A DNA stretch of 63,639 nt, the filler included, from Octopus bimaculoides (Eukaryota): assembly GCF_001194135.2 (NCBI RefSeq). It is 8 parts of 6 records of this genome, joined end to end, with 100 filler letters (N's around TTAATTAATTAA, not from the genome) between each part and the next. Parts side by side here need not be neighbours in the genome. Positions count along the whole stretch, not along the records: positions 1 to 13,432 come from NC_068988.1; positions 13,533 to 15,656 come from NC_068987.1; positions 15,757 to 19,500 come from NC_069002.1; positions 19,601 to 30,425 come from NC_068989.1; 4 more parts are not named here. One strand, given 5' to 3'. This document shows positions 11,831 through 24,295 of the stretch, in pieces; position 1 is the stretch's first letter; each line of letters opens with the position of its first letter. Both the position numbers and the translations under genes were made by a program. The notes under the pieces are model-generated. The model saw only the letters and a list, made by a program, of their open reading frames with translations. It ran no database searches and was not told the DNA's origin.

Positions 11831-13010
11831 CGACGAAAATGTGTGGATCGATGAGATTGCCAAAATTTGAAACATTAAAAAAAAAAAACATTTTGAATCG
11901 GGCTCTATGCAACTTAAGACTTTCGTGAACTCGTCTTAAGACCATTGGACTCGTTGGAATCGAGTTACCTGTAGCTGAATCAAACATATTTACATAAAAT
12001 GTGTGTGTGTATAACTTTTCCACGCTATTTGCGTTTATCAAAAGATAGTATAACCCATTCCCTTTTTTTTTTTTTTTTACTTACAATGATGACAGAAAAA
12101 TGGCGTATATAACACTCATGCTTCTCCCAAGAGCGTTATCCTCGAAACCAAAGTATGAAATTTCAAATCTAAGAAATAACACGTGAGTTATAAATTCAGT
12201 TCCGTCTACAAGCAATTGTGTTCCAGACTCTCTTGGGTGCACCATGTATAAATGTTAAAATATGACATATAAAACTATAATTAATTCTATACATTATAAA
12301 TTACTAATTTATTTCCTAGTCTAGACAAGAATTTATTGTTTATTTGGTTGTTTTTGGTTGGTTTGCATCTTGTTATTGTCGCTACTGTGGTAGTTGGCGC
12401 TTCAATTATTATAATGGTTAGGAATGGTCTCTCAGATTTTATTTGTAATATCGTAGTGAGAGATAGAAAACTATTGTATGATCAAAAGGCCAACGTCGTA
12501 ATATGATGAAGCATAAAGTTCAAGACCTTAATTTCATATACTCTTTGGTAAACTTAGACCAAATTAAAGATAATAATTCATCTGGATTTAAATGTTGAAT
12601 TTTTTATCTATTTTTTTTTCTTTTCGTTGTTTATTAATTGAGAAATTTACTAATTAAAGTGGTTATAAAGTTGTGAAGGTAATTTAAACGTTACAAAGAA
12701 ATTTGATCATAATTATTATTACTAATTACAGTGCATTAATAAAATTAATCCCAACATATATCACTTGATAAGGGGATTACTCAGTGCGTGTGCGTGTGTG
12801 TGTGTATGTGTGTGTGTGTATGTGTGTTTGTGTATGTGTGTGTGTTGAGGATTTTAAAAAAATCTTGCTTTCTATTTTTTTCTTTTTCTTACTGTTTATG
12901 GAATATAAGCTTTCATACAAAATAATAAATATGCATACATACACACATACATACATATATAAACATACATGCATGCATTTATATATGTGTATACGTATGT
13001 ATATACATAC

Positions 13011-13233
13011 ATATAATCAGAAAATGGAGAAGACCTCAGATCAACAAAAACAAAAAAATCAATTGAACCACATCTGTAGCTTATTATTTCATACAAAACA
13101 TGACATAACTGTTATGTCTGTTATGTCACAGACATATTATGTCATGTTTTGCATTAAATAATAAGCTACAGATGTCGTCCAATTGATTTTTTGTCTTTGT
13201 TGATCTGAGGTCTTCTCCATTTTCTGATTATAT
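13011..13233. repeat. Foldback inverted-repeat element (about 98-bp arms, 28-nt spacer)
   Basis: 13011-13108 (ATATAATCAGAAAATGGAGAAGACCTCAGATCAAC...CATGACATAA) is approximately the reverse complement of 13137-13233. Flanked by TA-rich DNA. Confidence 0.9.
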
Positions 13234-13532
13234 ATATATTTGATTCCTCATCAACTTTTATTTATTCTGTTGTTACCTGTACCCTACGAGCATAGAGTGC
13301 CTGCATAGCTCTGCCCAGAGATAACACGGCTAACTGATATCGATAGTATATACGGATATTTTATCACTTAGTCGGTTATTATAACCGTTAACTCTGCTTA
13401 TCTTCATATATATATCTATCTATATATATATANNNNNNNNNNNNNNNNNNNNNNNNNNNNNNNNNNNNNNNNNNNNTTAATTAATTAANNNNNNNNNNNN
13501 NNNNNNNNNNNNNNNNNNNNNNNNNNNNNNNN

Positions 13533-13992
13533 GCCAGTTGCAGTAGACTGATGCCAAGAGGTCACCAAACAAGTCTGGCATTTGGCAATACAGCTCGTAG
13601 GGTAGACCATCCAATCCAGGCGCCTTATCCATTGCGCAGCCCGCCATAGCATCCCTTACTTCAGCAGCTGTGATGGGACCCTCACGACACTCTGCCTCTC
13701 CCGCCGAGAGCCGCGCCAGGCCGGTCAGGTAGGCACTGAAGTCCATCCTGCGGTCTGTCCCACCGCTCGCACCGAACAGTCGAGCAAAGTGCTGTTCAAA
13801 GGCCCCACACATCCTTTCGGGTTCGAGCAAACTGCATCCCTGTTCATCGATTAGAGACCGAATGGTGGGTCTGTTACCGCGTTGCGCCTCCGCCACCCGG
13901 GCTTCTCGCGCAGCTTCGATCCCTTCGTTCCTTAAGGCACGCATTTTAGCTCTGACGACGCAACCTTCGTGTTTGGCGTTGAGGTGTTGGTC
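13533..13992 (-). mobile_element. Tx1/L1-clade LINE ORF2 fragment (pre-RT linker and start of RT)
   Basis: Uninterrupted GC-rich frame DQHLNAKHEGCVVRAKMRALRNEG...EGPITAAEVRDAMAGCAMDKAPGLDGLPYELY...LASVYCNW. KAPGLDGLPYELY corresponds to the KSPGPDG...EFY motif. It runs into a gap. Confidence 0.9.
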
Positions 13993-14359
13993 GATAGATA
14001 GATAAATAGATAAAATGGCATCGAAGGACGTGATGGCTAGTGATCTTCATTGGGAGTACATTCAAATCATACAGCTACATGTGTTTGGCTAACCTGTCGC
14101 CACTCACTTCCGTGTGCCACACCATTCCATTAATCATATACGAGTGTGCATCATTGCCGCACACCATGGATCCGCATACGTAAAGAAGCAGAAAAAAATT
14201 TCTCGTCCAACGTTGGAACCATGTCATCAACAGATACATATGAGCATATTTTCCTTTCTTATTCACCACCTCCTATCAGTTCAGTAATCCTAATCATATC
14301 TTTCAGCTTCCCCTTTCCACCTCAGTTTCTCCCTACACCTCGCCTCAGAGCGTTTCGTC

Positions 14360-14423
14360 TTTTCTTCTCCATTTTATTTTCTTCTCCATTTTATTTTCTT
14401 CTCCATTTTATTTTCTTCTCCAT
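14360..14423 (+). repeat. 17-bp tandem repeat TTTTCTTCTCCATTTTA, about 4 copies
   Basis: Directly visible. Confidence 0.9.
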
Positions 14424-14624
14424 CTCACACTAACTTCTGTCCTCTACTATTTCCTGTTTACGAATGAAGTTCACGGTTTCTGACACTCCACATCAGATGC
14501 AGCGAGTTTCTGAAACACAGGGGATGTAAAATTCTGATGCCTTTCTTTTATTTCCTTACAGTGAACTTTAACTTGTAGAAGGACTATTTTCCTAAACACG
14601 GAGCATTCCACTACTAACAATAAT

Positions 14625-14669
<45 letters not shown>

Positions 14670-15289
14670 ACACACAAATACACACCCATTTACACTGTCT
14701 GATCTTGATGTAATTATGTTTCTATTACACACCATAACACATACCGACATTGAATCAATAAATACAAAATTTGGCACTGCTAACTCAATTGATAGTTGTC
14801 GCAATTTTTGTATAAGGAATCGATTTTTTGTGTATATTTATTTTTGTGTTATTTTATATTTTATTTTTTTGTTTACCAGAAATCGAATGTATATATTTAG
14901 TGTTCTTTGTAAAACGGCTACAGTAATTATTGTTATTCTCCTCCGTTTAAGGTGGGAAACAATAAAACAAACACGCAACAATACAAGAGGAGGTAAATAA
15001 ACGAATAAATAAAGAAAGAAATGAATAAATAAAATTAAAATGAAAAATAAGCAAAGAACACATATACATGGCTTAAGAAAAACAAAGAACTAACGGAAAA
15101 AACAAGTAACAGACAAACAAACAAAGCGAATCAGAGACAGAAACAATATTCTCCTCTCGTTCACACCAATAAAATTTTTGAAAAAGCAAACGGTTCGGCC
15201 ATTAAGAAACGTAACCAGAAGAATAGCTTAAGAAGATGAAAAGGAAAAGAATATAAAGAAAAACAATGAAGTATGAAGTAGAAGAGCAA

Positions 15290-15341
15290 CAACAATAATA
15301 ACAACAACAACAACTACTACTACTACTACTACTACTACTAT

Positions 15342-15374
<33 letters not shown>

Positions 15375-15379
15375 CACCT

Positions 15380-15418
<39 letters not shown>

Positions 15419-15499
15419 GTAACTATCACAAATATTACTACCACTACCACCGCAACCACACCTACTACAACAACCAGAACAACAACAACAACAAAAGCA

Positions 15500-15560
<61 letters not shown>
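15290..15560. repeat. (AAC/ACT/ACC)n microsatellite
   Basis: Directly visible. Confidence 0.95.
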
Positions 15561-15756
15561 AAGTCATTATAAAAACATTTTAATAATACAAAATGCTATA
15601 AGAATAATATTAGCACTGATGATGATGATGGTGATGATGATGATGATGGTGATCACNNNNNNNNNNNNNNNNNNNNNNNNNNNNNNNNNNNNNNNNNNNN
15701 TTAATTAATTAANNNNNNNNNNNNNNNNNNNNNNNNNNNNNNNNNNNNNNNNNNNN

Positions 15757-16155
15757 ATCTGAAGACGAAAACAATACCTATTGTCATAGGTGCCCTGGGA
15801 ATGACAGCGAAACGGGCTGATTACTACGTAGCTCAGATACCAAGAAACCCCAAAATGGCTGAAGTTCAAAAGATAGTGCTCATGGGAACTGCCCATATCC
15901 TACGTAAAATACTGTCTATGTGATCTCAAATTTTAAAGCAAACACATAATTTTCTTATGGTTTCTTAAACATTCACTTGAACAAAACTGTACAAATCCAA
16001 ATATATGGTACCCTAGGCATAACACCTACATGAACTTCTAACTTGTTGTCTCTTGAGGTCTCTGGGTGAGACTTGGATCCAACTTGTACAAATTCAAAGC
16101 AAAAGTCAAACAAAATAATAATAATAATAATAATGATAATAATAATAATAATAAT
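15757..16155 (+). mobile_element. 3' end of R4/Dong-like LINE: ORF C-terminus, 3' UTR and (AAT)n tail
   Basis: 15759-15923 encodes LKTKTIPIVIGALGMTAKRADYYVAQIPRNPKMAEVQKIVLMGTAHILRKILSM* (PIVIGALG...GTAHILRK RLE terminus). About 190 nt of UTR follow, then (AAT)n from about 16114. Confidence 0.9.
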
Positions 16156-16159
16156 GGTT

Positions 16160-16587
16160 TATCAAGATCAATGCCTACCTACAAGGAACTTCCAGGTCAA
16201 CATATTAAAGAACGGTAGTAGCCCAACATGTGAATATAGTGAAGGCTGTAAATACGTATGCAGTGTCATTACTTCGATACTGAGCAGCTTTTGTAGATTG
16301 GACAAAAACTGAATTAGCAAAACTAGACCAAAAAACTAGGAAGGAATTCAATATGAATGGAGGACTGGTATGAGCATGTACCAAGTAAAGTTATGCAGGA
16401 AGATGGAAAAGTAATGACACCCTTGGCCTATGATTTTCAGACAGATCCTATAATCGAACACCGTCGACCGGATATTGTCATATTGAATAAGAGAGACAAA
16501 TACTGTCAGATCAATGATGTAGCCATACCAAATGATTTGAATGTTGAAAGTAGAAATGGCAAGACTGTATGGAATGCGAGAGAGTAA
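16160..16587 (+). pseudogene. Mosaic of three R4/Dong-like LINE ORF pieces (pre-zinc-knuckle, post-RT thumb, RLE endonuclease)
   Basis: 16160-16231 YQDQCLPTRNFQVNILKNGSSPTC; 16233-16361 NIVKAVNTYAVSLLRY*AAFVDWTKTELAKLDQKTRKEFNMNG; 16363 onward DWYEHVPSKV...TDPIIEHRRPDIVILNKRDKYCQINDVAIP. Confidence 0.85.
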
Positions 16588-16599
16588 TTCTCATGTCGG

Positions 16600-17450
16600 T
16601 GAACTCACTTCTGTCTTTTTCTCCTGCTTCGAGAGCGTAGCAGCATTTTCTTTATTACATCAATGTTTGAACGAGAACATGTGGTGATGTCTATTCTTAA
16701 ATGTATTTTCTGTTAGGCGGTTGAAAGATACAGGAGTGTTATTTTCTATAGTTGCGGAGGCTGGATATAAGTTGCTGCTACCAATCTAGATTTTATTGAA
16801 GGGGCATTGGTAACCTATTGCAGAAGCCCAGTTATCTCCTATCTTGTTTTTCTTTTTGTTGTAGTTTGATGTAGAATTCTGTTTTTATTCAACGAAACGA
16901 TTCTCCTTATAAGAAAGGTCTATGGAATAACTGACGTTTACATAGATTTTATTAAAATACTTGTAAAGTTTGTAATCTTTGTAGAAGTGTTCATTGATTT
17001 AGAAGAGGTTATGACGTCGTTAGTGAACAGTGGATCAAATCAGATCTTACTTGTCTCCCAAATGTGAGCCTATTGTTCGTACTAGGTGTACTATATGCTG
17101 ATGCATAGTTAAAGTTGTCACGGTCGAGTGACTGGGTTGGACATGTACTGTCCAAGTTGCCTTTGACGCGTTGCTTCATCAGATGGAGAAACCGAATTTA
17201 TAAATGCGCTTTTCTTTATAACAATTGGTTGACGGTTGGAAATATACCGAATGGTGGTGTTGTTATAATATAAAGTTTGTGGGAAGCAGAAGTTGGGTTC
17301 ATTGTATTCAGAAAGTTGGTGGATAGCGGGTTAGTTTCCATTGTTAAATTTCGGATTAAACCTTTCGAAAGCGGCTGTGATCTGTTGTATGGGCGTAACG
17401 TCGTGCGCCTAATCCGGATTTGAAGATCATTAGGTTATCGACCTACTCTG
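16600..17450 (-). pseudogene. Degenerate Penelope-like element ORF (RT C-terminus plus GIY-YIG endonuclease)
   Basis: Minus-strand fragments across frameshifts: TNFLNTMNP, YISNRQPIVIK, INEHFYKDYKLYKYFNKIYVNVSYS, CPFNKI, LTENTFKNRHHHMFSFKH. These match PLE motifs VNFLD, SNHPP, IDKHF...IFNRNTVKVSYSC and GLTENTFK.RY.NHK.SF. Confidence 0.75.
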
Positions 17451-17605
17451 TTATTACTGCCTATCCATTCTAGTTAGCGAAGGGAAAATAGTCTTATGAG
17501 TTGGTACCGCTCATGCAAATACTTAGAGTTAGATGAAACTGATAATTATAATGTTGCACACACCTCAGGATAAACTTATAGAGAAATACTGAAAACGAGA
17601 CAATA

Positions 17606-17655
<50 letters not shown>

Positions 17656-17805
17656 TAATAATAATAATAATAATAATCTATNNNNNNNNNNNNNNNNNNN
17701 NNNNNNNNNNNNNNNNNNNNNNNNNNNNNNNNNNNNNNNNNNNNNNNNNNNNNNNNNNNNNNNNNNNNNNNNNNNNNNNNNNNNNNNNNNNNNNNCGAGA
17801 CAATA

Positions 17806-17855
<50 letters not shown>

Positions 17856-18334
17856 TAATAATAATAATAATAATAATCTATCCCTATCTACTATCCACAA
17901 AACACGAGGATCACTTCCGTTCACCAAACTTCGACCCCGTATTTAAAGATGCCTCTCACAGTCTCTGGCTCTTCTACCCTTGGTGGACTTGTTATCGCAC
18001 AGCACATGTGACTGTAATGGAAAGGTTCAGACAAGCAAGCCTCGTTCTTGAAATATTGGGAATCCTTCTTTCCAAATTTTATTCGTTTGTCCTGTTTTTT
18101 TCTTTTACTTTTTTTTTTTTTACTCTCGTTGCGAAGGTTGCAGAATGAAAATGATTTTAAACCAGAGGTGAAACTCTTGAAATCAGAAGATGAAAATTTT
18201 GGAAATATGACCCCCACCAAACTTACTGACCTTGTGCCAAAATTTGAAAACAATTCATGGAAGCACAATCATTGCTCAGTGTCAAACAAAGACTGTTTTA
18301 TAATCTTTGAGATGTTTTAAATCTTATATTTAAT

Positions 18335-18470
18335 TTGTTTCAGTCATTGGTCTGCGGCCATACTGGAGCACCGCCTTAAAGTGTTTAGCCGAACAAATCA
18401 ACCCCAGTATGTATTTTTCTGTCTCGCATTTATTCTATCGATCTTTTTTTGCCGTACTGCATAACTGCGC
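18335..18470 (-). mobile_element. SINE family B 3' part
   Basis: GTTTCAGTCATTGGTCTGCGGCCATACTGGAGCACCGCCTT tail; ACAAATCAACCCCAG body. Confidence 0.8.
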
Positions 18471-19259
18471 TAGATAAAACAACAACTCATCAAATATATA
18501 TTTGTGAGTAAGTAATTCACACATCACGTATATTGGTCAATTTAATCTGCTAAAATACATTAACGACTTCAAGAAACTTCTTCGGTAAAGCTGTCGGTGC
18601 CTAGCATTGTAGATTATGATATAATATACTTTTATAACCCAAATTGGGTTGTAATCCAAGGATTGGCAACTACTGATCTAGAACAAATGTGATCTGCTAC
18701 GTATTTCAGTGTTGCAGCTATTATTTATAGTCAAAAACATTCTCCTTTATCTAATAATCTGTTTTCGTTCTTGTATGCAAAGAAAATATTTGGATGTAAG
18801 CCCATCTTACTATGTTTGATAAAATAATTTTATACGTATTCTAGATTATTCTTTGTTATTTTGTATCATACTTTCACCTTGCCGAGTCCAAATATTTCCC
18901 TCACTGCCACATCACTTAGATTCTATGTACAAGAATTTTTGGAATATTGTTATCCGTTTTCTCTGTATAAAAAAAAAACAGAACAAAACAAAGATAACAG
19001 AATGTTAAGTCAAAACAACGTAAATCGAATATTACTTGTGAAAAAATAGCTGCGAAAACGATGACTTATATGTCACAAAACTGTATTATGTCCATGATCA
19101 AGACAACTCTGATGTTGAATCCGCCTCGATAATAATTAATCGCTGTAAACACTACAATAAAATTGATGAAGATTTTATTAACTCGAAATATTAAACTTCA
19201 CTTCACCTTACACGTAAAGTTATCTGTGATAGACTGTCAACTATGGCGATATTGGTCCT

Positions 19260-19390
19260 TCATTCATTTGACTCTTTTAACGTGAATTAAAGTGTCTTGC
19301 TGAAGAACACAACACACAGCCCGGTCTGGGAATCAAACCCACTGCTTTGTGATTATGAGCCCGACGCTCTAACCACTGAGCCATGCGCTA
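19260..19390 (-). mobile_element. SINE family C 5' part
   Basis: AAAGTGTCTTGCTGAAGAACACAACAC...GGAATCAAACCC...CTCTAACCACTGAGCCATGCGC. Confidence 0.8.
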
Positions 19391-19439
19391 AACTGAAGCT
19401 ACAGCAGTTTTTGTGTTTTTGCAGCTTTAATAACAAAGG

Positions 19440-19500
<61 letters not shown>

Positions 19501-19600
19501 NNNNNNNNNNNNNNNNNNNNNNNNNNNNNNNNNNNNNNNNNNNNTTAATTAATTAANNNNNNNNNNNNNNNNNNNNNNNNNNNNNNNNNNNNNNNNNNNN

Positions 19601-19633
<33 letters not shown>

Positions 19634-20892
19634 ATATGTATATTGGTTTGAATTGACATTAATATCGTGATTTTGTTTGACATACCAAGGATACATTTAT
19701 AGGAGACAGAAGTGAACTGCTAGCTTGGTAGTAATATGAAAAATGTATACAGTGGAGAATGTGCTAAAATACTGGATGTAATCAGCCGATATTTTTCATT
19801 TAATTGCAACAACTGCTACTGGGACATGAACAAATCTATAACCTTCAGGCTGTGTTAAGGAAAACAACATATCGGAAATACTAAAATGAGACCATAATAT
19901 TAAGATAATCTTGATATTTCGAGTTTAAAAACTCCTTTAAAGACTTTAAAGAACAATATGAAAGGATAAAACTTTCCAGCCTTATGCGTTTTCATTAAAC
20001 ACCTAAGATCGTCTCCATATACGAAAGTGCACCCACACAGACAGACAGACACACACTCACACTCACACACGCACACATGCACACACTACGTGTGTATGCT
20101 TTTCCACTCTTTCATTCTATTCTTAATACTGCCAAATCTCAATCCAATGGTAAATCCGATCAACCCATCGCACACAAACACCACATTACCACACAACAAT
20201 TGTGCTCATTCACATACAAACATAAGAGATACGTATATACACATACCAGATTTAAACAAATGTTCACATGCACGCGTTCATGCGTACACCCGGCCATCCA
20301 AATAAACACGCATACATACCCATGCATTTATTATATATTTTTCTCTTTATCACACATATTTTTCGTGCAGCAGGCGTCCTTGAAAATTTCCGATGCATCT
20401 TTCTCCACGAATAACTGAAGGCAACCATTGCCAGTGATATACTAGCCCAAAAAATTATCTCTATGCTCTTCTGACAAAGACTAGCCTTGTCAAAAAGTAT
20501 TTATATAATTTTATTTTGAAAATATCAAATTGGAATGGTATACTTTTACAAATGTTAAAATCTGCAGAAATTTTTTGGTTCAGAAATCTAATATATTATT
20601 AAATATATAAATAAAACGATGGATTGTTTATATGGAAATAGTTTATATGGAAATTTATCTTCAGCTGATAAGGAAAACTGTTGTAATTAGATGAAATTCT
20701 TATATTATTTCAGCACTGCTTTGTGGAAATTATTTGCACATATATTTCTGGCAAAGATGTCTCATAATTCTCTGCTTGTTTCTTCCATTTTCTGAAGCTA
20801 TATCCGACTGAATATAACCAGAGGTTTGTGTTATTGCTTTCGCTCTTTGTTAGTCTTCATGTTGTTTAGCTCTATTTTTTTATTTGAGGAAG

Positions 20893-21280
20893 TGGAGGCG
20901 CAATGGCCCGGTGGTTAGGGCAGCGGACTCGCGGTCGTACGATCGCGGTTTCGATTCCCAGACTGGGCGTTGTGAGTGTTTATTGGGCGAAAACACCTAA
21001 AGTTCCACGAGGCTCCGACAGGGTGTGGCAGGAAACCCTGCTGTACTTTCAGCACAACTTTCCCTCACTCTGTTTCCTCTTTCTGTTGTACCTGTATTTC
21101 AAAGGGCCAGTCTTGTCACACTCTGTGTCACGCTGAATATCCCCGAGAACTACGTTAAAGGTACACGTGTCTGTGGAGTGCTCAGCCACTTGCACATTAT
21201 TTTCACGAGCAGGCTGTTCCGTTGATCGGATCAACTGGAACCCTCGTCGTCGTAACCGACAGAGTGCCAACCAACCATTC
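20893..21280 (+). mobile_element. Full-length SINE family E with 10-bp target-site duplication
   Basis: tRNA-like head TGGAGGCGCAATGGCCCGGTGGTTAGGGCAGCGGACTC...GGTTTCGATTCCC. TSD TTTGAGGAAG at 20883-20892 and 21281-21290. Confidence 0.92.
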
Positions 21281-21384
21281 TTTGAGGAAGCAGAGCTATG
21301 ATATAATGCTATCCAAATGTTATTATCTAATCAATGTCAAGACAGACACGCAATGCATCCAGAAGATCATTGTTAAATCTATTT

Positions 21385-21460
21385 TTCTCGAAGTTGACCT
21401 CGGCGGGATTTGAACGCAGGATGTAAAGAACCAGAAGAAATACTGCCAGCAGCGTTTACG
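21385..21460 (-). mobile_element. SINE family A 5' fragment
   Basis: AAGTTGACCTCGGCGGGATTTGAACGCAGGATGTAAAG. Confidence 0.7.
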
Positions 21461-23159
21461 ATTCCGTGAGTTCTTTTACTAATGAAATGAATACGATACA
21501 ATAGTTTCATTTGTATATTCTTTCATACTGCGTACATAGTAAGTTAATGGCAACATAATTGATCATGCTGGATTGTTCTTTTCCTTCTCAATGAATAGTG
21601 AAAACCATGAGGAGAGTACAGTAGATATAAAACTATCCTTCAGAACAGAAACTATTATTTTCTTCTCGTATACTGGTTCATGTACAACTTGCTGTACCTC
21701 CACACATTAATCGTTTATACGTCACTCTCTAATTAGATATAGCTACTGCCTCATATTGATTGTAATATTTTCTTTGTAAATCTAGGCTTTTTATCAATGT
21801 TTATATAATTATTTCTTTAGTATTATTATTTCTTTATTCAGTTTAAATTATTTTTTTATTCAGTAACATGCTGTTTCAGCTAGAAGAAATACAACATATC
21901 TTTGAGGCCCTAACACCGAATTTGTTTCTTTGCTTGGTCATGGACCTAGATCATAAATGTATTATTCTCTATTTTGCCATTTGATTTTAACTGAAATTAC
22001 ATAAATATATTTAATGGATTCAATAGAATAGAAAATAAACATTTGTGTGAGTACTTGCCATGCTTCAAGCTCTTAGAAGAACTTGGATTCAAAAATGTAC
22101 ATTTACTAAACATATTATTTATTACTGATTGGTGAAGACTGTATTGCTAGACGTACTTTCAGTTACTGAACTTTGGCGAACCATCAACTATTTCAATTAA
22201 ACGTTGTAGGAGGGAGGATCTCTATTGTTTGTGAGTTCTAATCTAGTCTAGATGTTGAATTGGCTCTTCATACTTCTGAAGTCCATTATGTAATAACAGT
22301 AAGCTAATAGAATACTAGTATCGACTCTGACTTCATTCTGTCAAGATAAAAATCAATAAGCATTAATGAATATTATGTAAGTAGACAGTAGTCATATTTT
22401 AAATGGCGGTGAGAAAGGAAGGCATCATCTTCATATCATTTTCATAGAGATTAATCGTATACGCGCAAATGTAACGAAATGTATCCGACCTTTTTCAAAG
22501 GGGTAACTGCATGTATTCATCTAGATGGTATAACTCAACAACAAATAAAATGCATGGGTCACTGGTTCCAGTCGCATTACGGACACATGTCTATTCGTTT
22601 TGAATCCGTAAGGAGTGAGAAAATTATGAGATGAACGATAGAATTCTGTTTAAAGATAATAAGTGGATCAATCTTTCCAGAATATCTGTTCAGGGATGAA
22701 AGCTGTACTTAGTAAGGTTAAATCATTTCAAATACAGACTACTAATTAAGGAATAATCTAAGAATTTTCTTATCAAGCTTCTATCTTAATTGAATCACTT
22801 ACTTCACTTAAATGCATTTCCAAACCTTATCCAATCGAATTAGATTAGTATGAGATATTCCAGGTCTATTTAAAACTTACATCAGTACGTACATAACTTA
22901 TAATAGTACAGTGCATATACCAACACACCAACATGTCATACAATCATTACATTATACGCAAAATCCAGAATCTGCCACATCGCCCAGCGCTTTCCATATA
23001 TGTCAAAACATTGCAATTAACTTCAACACACTACGTAGATCTAGCATACAGAATACCGAAACATTACTCTCAAATTTGTATTAATGTTTGTTACTACACA
23101 GCCCATGTTAATTCAATGCTACAAAGGATATCACAACGTATATCATAATATGATAGTGA

Positions 23160-23365
23160 AGCAGTGAGCTGGCCGAATCGTTACAGTGCCAGGCAAACGG
23201 TTTAGCGGCATTTCTTCTGGCTTCTCGCTCTGAGTTCAAATGCTACAGAAATCGAATTTGCATTTAATCCTTTCGGGGTCGATAGAATAAGTACTAGTCA
23301 AGCACTGGGGTCGGTGATATCCACTTACCGTTTCCGCTAGAATTACTTGTACCAAAGTTTAAAAC
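23160..23365 (+). mobile_element. SINE family A, diverged
   Basis: GCAGTGAGCTGGCCGAATCGTTA head; CTGAGTTCAAATG; ATCCTTTCGGGGTCGATAGAATAAGTAC core; CTTGTACCAAAGTTTAAAAC tail. Confidence 0.85.
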
Positions 23366-23857
23366 TATATTATATGATAATGAAAAATACCATTATCAAT
23401 AGGATGTTGATGAAACAAACACGCTCTCGGCGGTTTTGAAAGTTAAATTAGTGTTAATATACTTAATTCAAAGGAACTTGAAGCTACTTGTAGGCCGTAG
23501 ATTGACAGAATCGCTAAAACGTCTAAGAAACTACCGTGGAAGTTATCTTTCTGGTTCCTTACATTCCGGAGCCAACCTTGCCTTACATCCTTTTGAGATC
23601 TTTAGAATATAGTACCAGTAAAGTACCAGTCGATATAATACAGCAACAGCAACCACCAGCCCAACAAATTTCTAGCCTTTTGTCTACGTTTGGTATAATT
23701 AAAAACTTGCTAGAAATAATTATGCAGAGTATAGATAAAACAATTCTAATTAATATACCCCAGCATTAATTATCTAAACACTTAACTACTGGCTTTAGCA
23801 GTATTTCATCATCATACAAAGACCAGTTATCTTTTAATGTTCCTTATATTACATATT

Positions 23858-24074
23858 TTGTTACTTGTTTTAGTCATTAGACTGTGGCCATGCTGGGGCA
23901 CCGCCTTGAACAATTTTAGTTGAATGAATTTACCCCAGTATTTTTCATAACCTGGTACTTATTCTATCGAATTCTTATGCCGAACTGTTAAATTATGGAG
24001 ACGTGAACACACGAACACCGGTTGTCAAGTGGTGGTGTGGGGACAAACACACACACACATATATATATATATAA

Positions 24075-24132
<58 letters not shown>

Positions 24133-24295
24133 GACTGGTGCCATTCAGTTTCCGTCTACCAAATCCACTCACAAGGCTTTGGTCAGCCCGATCTTATAGT
24201 AGAAGGCACTTGTCCAAGAAACTATGCAGTTGGACTGAACCCGGAACTATGTGGTTGGGAAGCTAGGTTCTTAACACACAGACACGCCTGTGCCT
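23858..24295 (-). mobile_element. Full-length SINE family B
   Basis: Same architecture as 9337-9752, with an internal CA/TA tract. Confidence 0.9.

Noticed and set aside
17176-17182. CTGATGA/CTGAAGA words at 17176 (minus), 15615, 15759, 24486, 26953, 41984 (minus), 43762 (minus), 45116, 53103, 53992 (minus), 57712 and 61464 (approximate positions)
   Set aside because: No stem II plus GAAA plus NUH plus stem I arrangement could be built; these are coding, microsatellite or chance matches.
17596-17881. 86-bp (AAT)n-containing block duplicated across a gap
   Set aside because: Same contig-overlap artefact.
18048-18320. 90-aa ORF after a long polypyrimidine tract as a host exon
   Set aside because: Its middle (CTTACTGACCTTGTGCCAAAATTTGAAAAC) is a SINE family A tail; no donor and no recognisable protein.
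20893-20970. tRNA-like A/B-box heads (also 5017, 7518, 19300, 38920) as tRNA genes
   Set aside because: They continue into SINE bodies, lack a full cloverleaf, and one has a TSD.
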